This document shows positions 40,811-49,739 of a DNA stretch of 64,000 nucleotides, piece after piece (the stretch's first letter is position 1; each line of letters begins with the position of its first letter). A program made the position numbers and the translations under genes. This stretch comes from Vicinamibacteria bacterium (lineage in GTDB: Bacteria; Acidobacteriota; Vicinamibacteria; Vicinamibacterales; JAENWD01): contig CAWCNI010000004.1 in the NCBI GenBank assembly GCA_963796915.1, positions 2,894,821-2,958,820 of the forward strand, written 5' to 3'. The notes beneath the pieces were generated by a model. The model worked only from the letters and a program-made list of their open reading frames with translations, was not told where the DNA came from and ran no database searches.

Positions 40811-41522
40811 TCATCGCGCGAACCATCGCGACAGCAGGCCCTCGCGGGCCTCGGTGAGGTCGCCGGTGCCCCCGTTCAGCACCAGCACGCGATCGGCGAA
40901 CGGACGCGACGCGGCGGCGTCGGCCGCGAGCACAATCATCCCGAGATTCCGCGCCCGCGCGACACGCAGGAGATCCTCTGCCAGCGGCCGCACCTCGTCG
41001 GCCGCGAGGCCGGCAAGGGGATGCTCCACGAGGAGCACCTCGGGCGACGCCGCGACGGCGCGTGCGAGTCGTACGCGGTGGCGGGTCGCCACGCTCGTGG
41101 CGTGGACGGGCTTGGCCAACTCCCCGACGGTCAGGCCCATCTCGACGCCCAGCGCTTCCGCCGCGGCGGCGATGTCGGGTGGCATCGGGTCCAGGTCGAG
41201 CGTGAGCGAGATGGCGATGTTCTGCGCCACCGAGTACCTGATCGAGCAGCACCACACGTTCGCTCACGATCCCGAATCGATCGACAGTGGTCAGCCAGTC
41301 CTCGCTGTCGACGATGTCTGCTGTGCGGCGGCCGAAGATGGTCACGGTGCCGTGCTCCGGCAATGCCGCGCCGGTGACCAGCCCGACGAACATCTCGGCG
41401 GATCCCTGGTCGAAGCCAGCCAGCGCGACGCGCTCCTGCTCCGCCAGCGTGAACGCGCTCACACGCAACGGACGGATCCCGCCGTAGGCCTTCACGACCT
41501 GTTCGAGCCGTACAAGAGGCAT
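40811..41522 (-). CDS. Degenerate ABC-ATPase-fold protein; +1 frameshift at about 41238
   Basis: LVRLEQVVKAYG, GTVTIFG, SVAQNI and RVRLARAVAASPEVLLVEHP give an ABC fold with catalytic motifs eroded; the two ORFs join at GAT CAG G TAC. Confidence 0.7.
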
Positions 41523-41533
41523 TCCCACCGTCG

Positions 41534-42430
41534 TCAGGCCTGCGGCGTGTCGGCAGGCGCTTCGGCGTGAGCGCGGACGGCCCTGGCCGCGCGCTGTTCC
41601 AGCGCCGCGAAATGCTCGGGAGGGAGGCTGATGCGACCAAGACGGGCACGTTCCGCCCGCTCGTCGCCGTGATAGTCGGAGCCGCCGGTGATGGCGAGGC
41701 CCAGATCCGAGGCCATGGCGCGATAGCGCGCGACGGCGACCTGGTCGTGATCGCTGTGGTGCACTTCGAGGCCGTCGAGCCCCGCCTCCGCCCAGACCGG
41801 GATCCGATCGTCCCGGCCGTTGACGCCCGGGTGCGCGATCACGGCCAGCCCGCCAGCGGTGTGGACGCACTCGATCACTTCGGGCACCGACGGACCGGGC
41901 CGGGGCACGAAGGCCGCGCCCTTCCTGGCGAGATAGCGATCGAAGGCATCGGCGGTCGAGCGGGCGTGCCCTGCCGCCACCAGCGCCGCGGCAATCGCCG
42001 GCCGGCCGATCGCGTCTTCCTTCCCGTCGCGGGTCGCCAGCAGCGCGTCGGTGTCGATGGCGACGCCCAGCGCCGCCAGCCTGACGCCGATCTCGCGGAG
42101 CCTGTCGATGCGGGCACGACGCTGCGCGGCCAGGAACGACGCGAAGGTCGGCTCGTCCGGATCGATGAAGTAGGCAAGCACGTGGATATCGGCGCCGCTT
42201 TCGATCGCCGTCACTTCGACGCCCGGAACCAGTCGCAGGCCGAAGGCGCGTGCCGCCTCGGTGGCCTGCCGCACGGCGCCCATGGTGTCGTGATCGGTGA
42301 CCGCCAGCACACGGATGCCGGCCATCCAGGCGTGGCGCACCAGATCCGCGGCCGGCAGACGCCCGTCTGACGCGTCTGTGTGCGTGTGAAGGTCGATCAC
42401 CGCGAACGGGTGGTCATCTGGCCGCGGCAC
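41534..42430 (-). CDS. PHP-domain phosphoesterase (TrpH/YciV-like)
   Basis: IDLHTHTDASDG, TDHDT, IAHP and GGSDYHG motifs. Confidence 0.92.
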   Translation of the reverse strand: MPRPDDHPFAVIDLHTHTDASDGRLPAADLVRHAWMAGIRVLAVTDHDTMGAVRQATEAARAFGLRLVPGVEVTAIESGADIHVLAYFIDPDEPTFASFLAAQRRARIDRLREIGVRLAALGVAIDTDALLATRDGKEDAIGRPAIAAALVAAGHARSTADAFDRYLARKGAAFVPRPGPSVPEVIECVHTAGGLAVIAHPGVNGRDDRIPVWAEAGLDGLEVHHSDHDQVAVARYRAMASDLGLAITGGSDYHGDERAERARLGRISLPPEHFAALEQRAARAVRAHAEAPADTPQA

Positions 42431-43412
42431 GCGCGCCGCCGCTGCGGCCGGCGGGGCGTCGGGCCGCCGGACGGCGGGTCCGGCCCTGGCGCTTCAGCAA
42501 TGCCTTGTACTCGCGGATGAGCAACTCGAGGTGGACACGTTCCTCCGCCGCGAACTCCAGGAAGATCTGCTTGCCTTCCGAGTCTTCAAAGCGCTCGCCG
42601 TAGCGCTTGAAGAAGCGGTGCGAGCCACGCTCGCAGCGGATACCGATCAGGTAGGCCTGCTGGTCGTTGACGCCCTGCGTGAGCCGTTCGGCGCCCTCGG
42701 AGAACAGGCCGTTGGCCGCGCCCTTGAAGAACAGGAACGTGGGCCGCGACTCGAGCTGCGGATCGCGCTCGAGCAGCTTCTTGTAGCGGGCCTCGAGCGT
42801 GCCCAGGTGTTCTTTCTCTTCCTCGGCCAGCTTCTGAAACACGCTGCGGCCGCGCGCGTCCTTGGTGATCGCCGAGGCCCGCGTGTAGAACTCGAGGCCG
42901 CTGCGTTCGGTCGCGATTGCGATGCGCAGCGCGTCGCGGGCGAACAGCAGCTCGGTGGTGGCGCCGTTGATCGGCGCGCCGTGCCGGCCCGTGCGGCAGT
43001 CCTCGCACTCGCCGTAAATCTGGAGCACGCTCTGCCGCGCCGTGAAATTGCGCGCCGTCGCGATCTCCTCGATGAGCGCCTCGATGTCGGAGCTCAGGAA
43101 CTCCGAGGACTGGTTGCAGGTCTTGCAGATCAGATGGAAATGGCGCGGATGGCGGTACGAGTGCTCGAAGCGGAACCGGCCCTCGCCGAAGTCGACCTTG
43201 CGGGCAATGCCCGCGTCCACCATCCACTGCAGCGTGCGGTAGACAGTGGCGCGGCTGATGCGCTGATCCTCGCGCCTGATCAGATCGACCAGGTCATCGG
43301 CGCTCAGGTGCCCTTCCTGGCGCAGGAAGGCGTTGACGATCAGATCGCGCTTGTCCGAGCGCTTGCCGCCCGCTGGGCGCAGCCGATCGAGATCTGGCGG
43401 TGTCGCGCTCAT
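42414..43412 (-). CDS. Fur-family regulator fused to a rubrerythrin/ferritin-like di-iron domain
   Basis: N-half HLSADDL, SRATVYRTL, HFHLICKTC, GECEDC. C-half ALRIAIATE...FY...LAEEEKEH and E...FF...FAAEERVH. Confidence 0.88.
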   Translation of the reverse strand: MSATPPDLDRLRPAGGKRSDKRDLIVNAFLRQEGHLSADDLVDLIRREDQRISRATVYRTLQWMVDAGIARKVDFGEGRFRFEHSYRHPRHFHLICKTCNQSSEFLSSDIEALIEEIATARNFTARQSVLQIYGECEDCRTGRHGAPINGATTELLFARDALRIAIATERSGLEFYTRASAITKDARGRSVFQKLAEEEKEHLGTLEARYKKLLERDPQLESRPTFLFFKGAANGLFSEGAERLTQGVNDQQAYLIGIRCERGSHRFFKRYGERFEDSEGKQIFLEFAAEERVHLELLIREYKALLKRQGRTRRPAARRPAGRSGGARAAAR

Positions 43413-43453
43413 CGCAGTCGGCACAGGCTCCCGCAGGGTCAGGCCCCGACGCG

Positions 43454-43777
43454 TCAGACGCTGAACGACGAGCCGCACCCGCAGGTGGACACGGCGTTGG
43501 GGTTCTTGATGGTGAAGCCGCCGCCGGTGACGGTATCGACGAAATCCACTTCGGCGCCCTGCAGGTAGCGGACGCTGATCGGATCGACGTACAGCTTGAC
43601 GCCGTTGCTCTCGAACACCTGATCGCCGCCGGTGTTGCCTTCGTCGATCATCAGCCCGTACTGGAAGCCCGAGCAGCCGCCGCCCTGCACGAACACGCGC
43701 AGCCCGCTGCCGTCCTTCTGTTCCTCCGCGAGCAGCTCTGAAATCTTGGAGGCTGCTGTCGAGGTCACGTTGATCAT
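43454..43777 (-). CDS. erpA: A-type Fe-S cluster carrier (ErpA/IscA)
   Basis: GGGCSGFQY and NPNAVSTCGCGSSF motifs; TATAAT and SD upstream. Confidence 0.9.
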   Translation of the reverse strand: MINVTSTAASKISELLAEEQKDGSGLRVFVQGGGCSGFQYGLMIDEGNTGGDQVFESNGVKLYVDPISVRYLQGAEVDFVDTVTGGGFTIKNPNAVSTCGCGSSFSV

Positions 43778-43875
43778 CTGGTAAGCTCTCCTATCAGCTC
43801 AATTATAGCGGCCGCGCCGTCCAGCCTCAAGCTGGAAGGCGACCTCCCCGGCGCCGCGACGAGACGGTCAACCAA

Positions 43876-44802
43876 TTGCAGCTCAGTCAGTTACCAGACG
43901 ATGTCGGCGAACGCCGTCGTCGGGCGGCAGCCCGCTGGCAGTCAATTGCCGCTGAGCGGCCCGCCCTTGGGCGCGCCCTCGACCTCCAGCGGCGCCTGGT
44001 GGAGCGCCAGCTCGAGCTCCTGGGGATTGTCGGCCCCATCGTCGCGGCGGTGCCGCCCCCGGCTGAAGCCGCGGTGCTCCACGCGCTCGCCGGCGGCTTT
44101 CCGGTGCTCCGCGGCCGCATATTCCCGCTGCCAATCGACAGCCTGGCGCCCGTCATGGTCGAGCTGGCTCAGGACATCGCGACGGTCAGCGGATATGCCG
44201 CCGCGTCGCGCGTCGGCGAGGCCATCGCCAGCGCCACCGTCGATCGCGCCGCGCTGCTGGCGCACGTCTACCAGCGAGACCAGGACGCGGTGCGCCAGAT
44301 GGCCGCCGACCATCACCTGGTCGTCGATCTCCTCTGGCTGGTGGGCGATCTCGTCACAGCGCCGGTGGTGTATCTGGAGCAGGTCGCGGCGCTGCGCGAA
44401 GGCAGCGTCGACTCACCGGTGCGCGAGGCGCTGGAGCGATGGGGGCAGGGCTACTGCCCCGCCTGCGGCTCGTGGCCCGCGCTGGCAGAGTTCTTCTTCG
44501 GCGAGCGGCTGCTGCGCTGTGCCTTCTGCGCCGCGACCTGGCGGCTCGAAGCCGGCCGCTGCGCGTACTGCGCGGCGGACGGCGAGGAGTTCCGGACGAT
44601 TGTCATCGACAAGGACCGCCCGGGCCGGCGTCTCGAGGCGTGCCGCGCGTGCGGCGGGTTCCTCAAGACACTGGACGTCGATCTCGTCACGCCGTTCCCG
44701 CTGGTCGCGATCGAAGACCTGGCCAGCTCCGATCTGGACCAGGCAGCCCTTCACCACGGCTTCAAACGACTCGCCCTGCCATTGTTGAAACCTCACCCGT
44801 AG
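43876..44802 (+). CDS. fdhE: Formate dehydrogenase accessory protein FdhE
   Basis: GYCPACGSWP, RCAFCAATW, CAYC, CRACGGFLK and EDLASSDLD motifs. Confidence 0.85.
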   Translation: MQLSQLPDDVGERRRRAAARWQSIAAERPALGRALDLQRRLVERQLELLGIVGPIVAAVPPPAEAAVLHALAGGFPVLRGRIFPLPIDSLAPVMVELAQDIATVSGYAAASRVGEAIASATVDRAALLAHVYQRDQDAVRQMAADHHLVVDLLWLVGDLVTAPVVYLEQVAALREGSVDSPVREALERWGQGYCPACGSWPALAEFFFGERLLRCAFCAATWRLEAGRCAYCAADGEEFRTIVIDKDRPGRRLEACRACGGFLKTLDVDLVTPFPLVAIEDLASSDLDQAALHHGFKRLALPLLKPHP

Positions 44803-44817
44803 TCCTGTTGGTCATCG

Positions 44818-45381
44818 ATAGGGCCAATCTTGAGATTGGCCATCGGCGGATGTTGGCCGATCGGCCGATCTAAAGATCGGCCCTACAGGGAATAATCGCA
44901 CCGTCATCGGTAGGGTTCCTGATCGGTAGGGCCAATCTTCAGATTGGCCATCGGCGGATGTTGGCCGATCGGCCGATCTAAAGATCGGCCCTACAGGGAA
45001 TAATCGCACCGTCATCGGTAGGGTTCCTGATCGGTAGGGCCAATCTTCAGATTGGCCATCGGCGGATGTTGGCCGATCGGCCGATCTAAAGATCGGCCCT
45101 ACAGGGAATAATCGCACCGTCATCGGTAGGGTTCCAGATCGGTAGGGCCAATCTTCAGATTGGCCATCGGCGGATGTTGGCCGATCGGCCGATCTAAAGA
45201 TCGGCCCTACAGGGAATAATCGCACCGTCATCGGTAGGGTTCCTGATCGGTAGGGCCAATCTTCAGATTGGCCATCGGCGGATGTTGGCCGATCGGCCGA
45301 TCTAAAGATCGGCCCTACAGGGAATAATCGCACCGTCATCGGTAGGATTCCTGATCGGTAGGGCCAATCTTTAGATTGGCC
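44818..45381. repeat. Tandem REP (BIME/REPIN-like) array, 108-bp unit x5 plus one extra REP
   Basis: Forward GTAG-GGCCAATCT-TC-AGATTGGCC at 44818 (ATAG variant), 44926, 45034, 45142, 45250 and 45358, alternating with inverted GGCCGATCTAAAGATCGGCC-CTAC. Confidence 0.92.
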
Positions 45382-45410
45382 ATCGGCGCTGATGATCGAC
45401 TCGGCCGATG

Positions 45411-45870
45411 TCAGAGATGTCGCTCGCGAAACAACGTCCCACCGGTGAACGGCCACTCCGCGCTGGTCCGCACCAGGCCCGCGCGGACGGGATTGTTCGC
45501 GATGTACGCGGCGACCACCTCGAGCCGGTCGTCGTCTCGGACGACGTGCTCGAAATAGCCGCGTTGCCACAACGCGGCGGCGCTCAGCCGCCGGAACACC
45601 AGGGACGCCCGCGCGCGACAGACGCGAGCGAATGAAAGCAGGTCCGAGCCAGGTGATGTGCCGGCGACGAGCAGGTGCACGTGGTCCGGCATGAAGCAGT
45701 ACAGCAGAAGCTGAAACGCCTGCTCGGTTGCGGTACGCAGGATTTCCCCCGTCACGCGTTCAACGACGATGGCGGCCGAAAAGATAGGGCGACGTTCGAA
45801 CGTGCAGAACGTCAACGAGTACGCAGTGGAATCCGGAGTAGTCGAAGGCCGTCAGCCGTCGCGGGCGCAT
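45411..45870 (-). mobile_element. rayT: REP-associated tyrosine transposase (RAYT, Y1 HUH); +1 frameshift at about 45823-45834
   Basis: Joined sequence MRPRRLTAFDYSGFH/AYSLTFCT...YCFMPDHVHLL...LWQRGYFEHVVR...YIANNPVRAGLV...EWPF; flanked by REPs on both sides. Confidence 0.9.
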
Positions 45871-45882
45871 GCCTGACAGGTC

Positions 45883-45898
45883 GCAAGCAGAGTGCCAA
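45883..45898 (-). promoter_or_regulatory. Consensus sigma54 promoter of rayT
   Basis: Minus strand TTGGCAC-TCTGC-TTGC; predicted +1 at about 45871, next to ATG 45870. Confidence 0.7.
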
Positions 45899-45939
45899 CC
45901 AATTTCGGCGGGGCCGTTTTCAGATCCGCTGCGGTGAGT

Positions 45940-46086
45940 GGCCGATCTAAAGATCGGCCCTACCGGGGTTTCTTCAGATCGCCCAATGGCGGGGCGGCCG
46001 ATCTCAGGCGTCGGCCCTACCGGGATCCATCGTCTCAGCGGGTGGCGACCACATCGTCCTCGGTAGGGCCAATCTTTAGATTGGCC
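45940..46086. repeat. REP copies upstream of rayT
   Basis: Inverted REPs at 45940-45963 and 45996-46020, forward REP at 46063-46086; a degenerate copy near 45908. Confidence 0.85.
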
Positions 46087-46106
46087 GGCGCGGCTGCTGG
46101 GCGACC

Positions 46107-47630
46107 CTATCGCGCGGCCAGCTTCTCGAGCGCCTCGCCGGAGGTCTGCTCCAGGTCTTTGTGCAGGCTGTTCCCGTGTGCGTCCATCGTGACGATCGCG
46201 GGAAAGTTCGTGACGTGCAGGTGCCACATCGCTTCCGGAGTGCCGAACTCCATCAACGACACGCCGTCCACACTGTCGATCGTCCGCGCGTAGAACTGGG
46301 CCGCGCCGCCGACGGCGTTCAGGTACACCGCGCCTGACGACTTCAGGGCCGCCAGCGTCTTGCCGCCCATCCCGCCCTTGCCGATGACAGCGCGCACGCC
46401 GTAGCTGCTGATGATGTCGGCCTGATACGGCTCTTCCCGGATGCTCGTCGTCGGTCCCGCCGCGGTGACAGTCCACGTGTCGCCCTCTTTGCGCACTACT
46501 GGACCGCAGTGATAGAGCGCCGAGCCGCGGAGATCGACCGGAGGCTCGTGCTTCATCAGGTGGGCGTGCACCGCGTCACGCCCCGTGTGCATCGCCCCCG
46601 AGATCAACACGACGTCGCCGACCTTCAGCGATCGAATCGCGGCTTCATCGAGCGGTGTCTGCAGTGCCACCTCTCTGCCACTTCGCCGGAATCCTTCCTG
46701 GTCGATCATCGGGATGACCGGCATGGACGGGTCGCGATAGAGCCATCGCTTGATCACGCCCGTCCGCGCGTCGAGGATGACGCCAAGACGGCGAAACGCC
46801 CAGCAGTCGTAGGCGACCGACACGAAGAAGCTCGCGGGCAGCCGGTTGAGCGCGCCGACCTTGCAGCCGATGAGCGACACGCCGCCGCCAAACCCCATCG
46901 TGCCGACGCCCAGCGTGTTCACCGTCCTCATGATCTCGGCTTCGAGGTCTGCCAACCGGCCGTCGGCGTTCACGTCGTCGAGGGGACGGAACAGCTGCTG
47001 CTTGGCCTCGAGGTAGCCCGACGTGCGGTCGCCGCCAATCGCGACGCCGAGCGCGCCCGGCGCGCAGCCCTTGCCCTGCGCCTGCCACACCGCGTGCAGG
47101 ATGCACTTGCGCACGCCGTCGAGCGTGCGGTCGGCGCGGCCCAGGTGCGCCAGTTCCGCCGGCAGCGAGTACTGCGCGTTCATGTTCTCGCAGCCGCCGC
47201 CCTTCAGAATCAGGCGCACCTCGATCTCATCGTCTTGTTCCCACTGCTCGAAGTGGAGAATCGGCGTGCCCGGCCCGAGGTTGTCGCCCGAATTGGCGCC
47301 GGTGAGGGAATCGACGGAGTTCGGCCGAAGCTTGCCGCGACGCGTCGCCTCGGCCACCGCCTCCCGCACCTGGGCCGCCATCGTGATCTGGTTCGCCCCG
47401 ACCGGCGTCTTGATCTCGAAGGTCGGCATGCCGGTGTCCTGGCAGATCGCGCCCTCGCCATTGGCCGCCAGATCGATGTTCTGCGCGATGATGGTCAGCG
47501 CCTGCGCGGACCGCGTCTCCGCCGGCTCCTCGGCCATCGCGTGCCCCATCGCCGCACGCACGTCCGGCGGCAGATCGGTCGAGGTCTTGACGATGAGCGT
47601 GAGCACCGAGTCGAAGAAGGCGGACGTCAT
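46107..47630 (-). CDS. Class I (Fe-S) fumarate hydratase, fused alpha/beta
   Basis: ICQDTG, KGGGCEN, GKGCAPG, GRDAVH, AGPTTSIR and IGKGGM motifs. Confidence 0.92.
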   Translation of the reverse strand: MTSAFFDSVLTLIVKTSTDLPPDVRAAMGHAMAEEPAETRSAQALTIIAQNIDLAANGEGAICQDTGMPTFEIKTPVGANQITMAAQVREAVAEATRRGKLRPNSVDSLTGANSGDNLGPGTPILHFEQWEQDDEIEVRLILKGGGCENMNAQYSLPAELAHLGRADRTLDGVRKCILHAVWQAQGKGCAPGALGVAIGGDRTSGYLEAKQQLFRPLDDVNADGRLADLEAEIMRTVNTLGVGTMGFGGGVSLIGCKVGALNRLPASFFVSVAYDCWAFRRLGVILDARTGVIKRWLYRDPSMPVIPMIDQEGFRRSGREVALQTPLDEAAIRSLKVGDVVLISGAMHTGRDAVHAHLMKHEPPVDLRGSALYHCGPVVRKEGDTWTVTAAGPTTSIREEPYQADIISSYGVRAVIGKGGMGGKTLAALKSSGAVYLNAVGGAAQFYARTIDSVDGVSLMEFGTPEAMWHLHVTNFPAIVTMDAHGNSLHKDLEQTSGEALEKLAAR

Positions 47631-47659
47631 GAGAGCAGTATAATTTCATCGGGGACTGC

Positions 47660-49063
47660 ATGCCGTTTCGCATCGAGCGCGACTCGCTGGGCGACAAGCC
47701 GGTACCGGAGGAGGCCTACTACGGCGTCCAGACGGTGCGGGCGCTCGAGAACTTTCCTGTCAGCGGAATCCGCCCGCATCCCTCGCTCGTCTACGCCACC
47801 GTCCTCGTGAAGAAATGCGCGGCTGAAGCGAACCTCGCGCTGGGCCGCCTCGACGCTGACGTGGCGCAGGCGATCGTCGCCGCTGCCGACGAGGTGCTCG
47901 CCGGCGCGCTGGCCGATCAGTTCGTCGTGGACATCTACCAGGCCGGCGCCGGCACGTCGCACAACATGAACGTGAACGAGGTGCTCGCCAACCTGGCCGC
48001 CGAGCGGCTTGGCGGAGCCCGCGGGTCGTACGATCGCGTCCACCCGAACGATCACGTCAACATGAGCCAGTCCACCAATGACGTCTTTCCGACGTCGACG
48101 CGGCTGGCGCTGCTGAAGGAGACGGCGGGGCTGACGCAGGCCGCGCGCGCACTGGTCGCCGCGCTCGAACGAAAGGCGTCCGCGCTCGCGCCTGTCCTCA
48201 AGGTGGGCCGGACACACCTCCAGGACGCCGTCCCCATCACCTTCGGTCAGGTCTTCAGCGGCTACGCTGCCAGCGTGGCGCGCGGGGCTGACGATGTGGA
48301 GCGCGCGCGCGAGCAGTTGTTAGAGCTGAATCTCGGCGCGACGGCGGTCGGGACGGGCCTCAACGCGGGCGACGACTACACCCGGCTGGCCATCGCGGCG
48401 CTCGCACGCGAGACGTCGTATCCCGTCGTGCCAGCGGCCAACCGGTTCCGCGTGACGCAGAGCATGGGCGACGTGCTCGCCGTCTCTGGCGCCGTGCGCC
48501 GGCTGGCTGTCGAAGCGAATCGCCTCGCCAGCGACCTGCGCCTGCTGGCGAGCGGCCCGCGCGCCGGCCTCGAGGAGATCCGGCTGCCGGCAGTGCAGCC
48601 CGGCTCGTCGATCATGCCGGGGAAGGTGAACCCGTCGGTGCCGGAGATGGTGAATCAGGTCTGCTACCAGGTGTACGGCTGCGACGCGACCGTCGCCGCG
48701 GCTGTCGATGCGGGTCAGCTGGAGCTGAACGTCATGATGCCGGTGATCGCGTGGAACGCCCTGCACGCCGCCGGCATTCTCGGGCGAGCGCTGGCCATCC
48801 TCGCGACGCGGACAGTGGAAGGGCTCGAGGCCGACGCCGATCGCTGCCGCGAGCTGCTCGATCGCAGCACTGCCGTCGCGACGGCGCTGAGCCCGTATCT
48901 CGGATACGCCCGCACTGCCGAAGTCGCGAAGGACGCCGTCGCCAGTGGCCGATCGATTCGCGACGTCGTGCTGGCGCGCGGCTGGATGGCGCCGGCGGAG
49001 CTGGACGCGATTCTCTCGCCCGCCGCCATGACCTCGCCGGGCGTCGTCGGAGGGCGATCGTGA
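47660..49063 (+). CDS. aspA: Aspartate ammonia-lyase (fumarase/aspartase superfamily)
   Basis: QAGAGTSHNMN, SQSTNDVFPT and GSSIMPGKVNP; these variants are closer to AspA than FumC. Confidence 0.82.
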   Translation: MPFRIERDSLGDKPVPEEAYYGVQTVRALENFPVSGIRPHPSLVYATVLVKKCAAEANLALGRLDADVAQAIVAAADEVLAGALADQFVVDIYQAGAGTSHNMNVNEVLANLAAERLGGARGSYDRVHPNDHVNMSQSTNDVFPTSTRLALLKETAGLTQAARALVAALERKASALAPVLKVGRTHLQDAVPITFGQVFSGYAASVARGADDVERAREQLLELNLGATAVGTGLNAGDDYTRLAIAALARETSYPVVPAANRFRVTQSMGDVLAVSGAVRRLAVEANRLASDLRLLASGPRAGLEEIRLPAVQPGSSIMPGKVNPSVPEMVNQVCYQVYGCDATVAAAVDAGQLELNVMMPVIAWNALHAAGILGRALAILATRTVEGLEADADRCRELLDRSTAVATALSPYLGYARTAEVAKDAVASGRSIRDVVLARGWMAPAELDAILSPAAMTSPGVVGGRS

Positions 49064-49719
49064 GGTCGGTCGCGCTCGCCGCGCTGCTTGTGATCGGCGG
49101 TGCGCTGGTCGCGGCAGACGGCGTGGTCGCGCAGCAGGATCGCGGCCGGCGGCTGTTCCGGCCCGACGAGCTCGGCGTGCTCGAAGGACCCGATCGTGAC
49201 GCGTGGCAGAAGCCGGACCTGGTGATGGACGCGCTCCGCATCGGCGAAGGGTCCGTCGTCGCCGATCTCGGCGCGGGCAGCGGCTGGTTCACGGTGCGCC
49301 TTGCCCGACGCGTGGGGCCTAACGGCCAGGTCTACGCGCAGGACGTGCAGCCGGAGATGCTCGAGGCCATCAAGCCTCGCGTCGATCGTGAAGGCTTCCG
49401 CAACGTGCTGTACGTCCGGGGCGAGGCAGACGACCCGCGGCTCCCGGCGGGGGCGCTGGACGCGGTCTTGATCGTCGATTCGTATCACGAGTTCCGCAGC
49501 CCGGTGATGCTGCTGCAGCGCCTCGGCGCGTCGCTCCGGGCAGGCGGCCGCATCGGCATCGTGAACTTCACGCTGGAAGGGGGCGGACCGGGACCGCCGC
49601 TGTCTGAACGCGTGGACGCGCAGAAAGTGATCGACGAGGCCGCGCAGGCTGGCCTCCGGCTCGTGAGCCGCGAGACCTTCCTCGACTTCCAGTACCTGCT
49701 GATTCTGTCGCGGGACTGA
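49060..49719 (+). CDS. SAM-dependent methyltransferase with signal peptide
   Basis: RDAWQKPD, VADLGAGSGWFT, VYAQDVQ and DSYHE motifs. Confidence 0.85.
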   Translation: MRSVALAALLVIGGALVAADGVVAQQDRGRRLFRPDELGVLEGPDRDAWQKPDLVMDALRIGEGSVVADLGAGSGWFTVRLARRVGPNGQVYAQDVQPEMLEAIKPRVDREGFRNVLYVRGEADDPRLPAGALDAVLIVDSYHEFRSPVMLLQRLGASLRAGGRIGIVNFTLEGGGPGPPLSERVDAQKVIDEAAQAGLRLVSRETFLDFQYLLILSRD

Positions 49720-49739
49720 ACTGGTATCTTGAAACGGTT

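Noticed and set aside
38629-44802. Selenoprotein genes near selC
   Set aside because: No in-frame TGA at a catalytic Cys position was seen in erpA, fdhE, osmC or other ORFs; the by-eye search was not exhaustive.
44818-45381. CRISPR array
   Set aside because: The intervening sequences are identical rather than unique spacers, repeats alternate in orientation, there are no cas genes, and a RAYT is adjacent.
44812-45570. 252-aa ORF with 36-aa repeats
   Set aside because: By-product of the 108-bp (multiple of 3) REP unit; it overlaps rayT in another frame.
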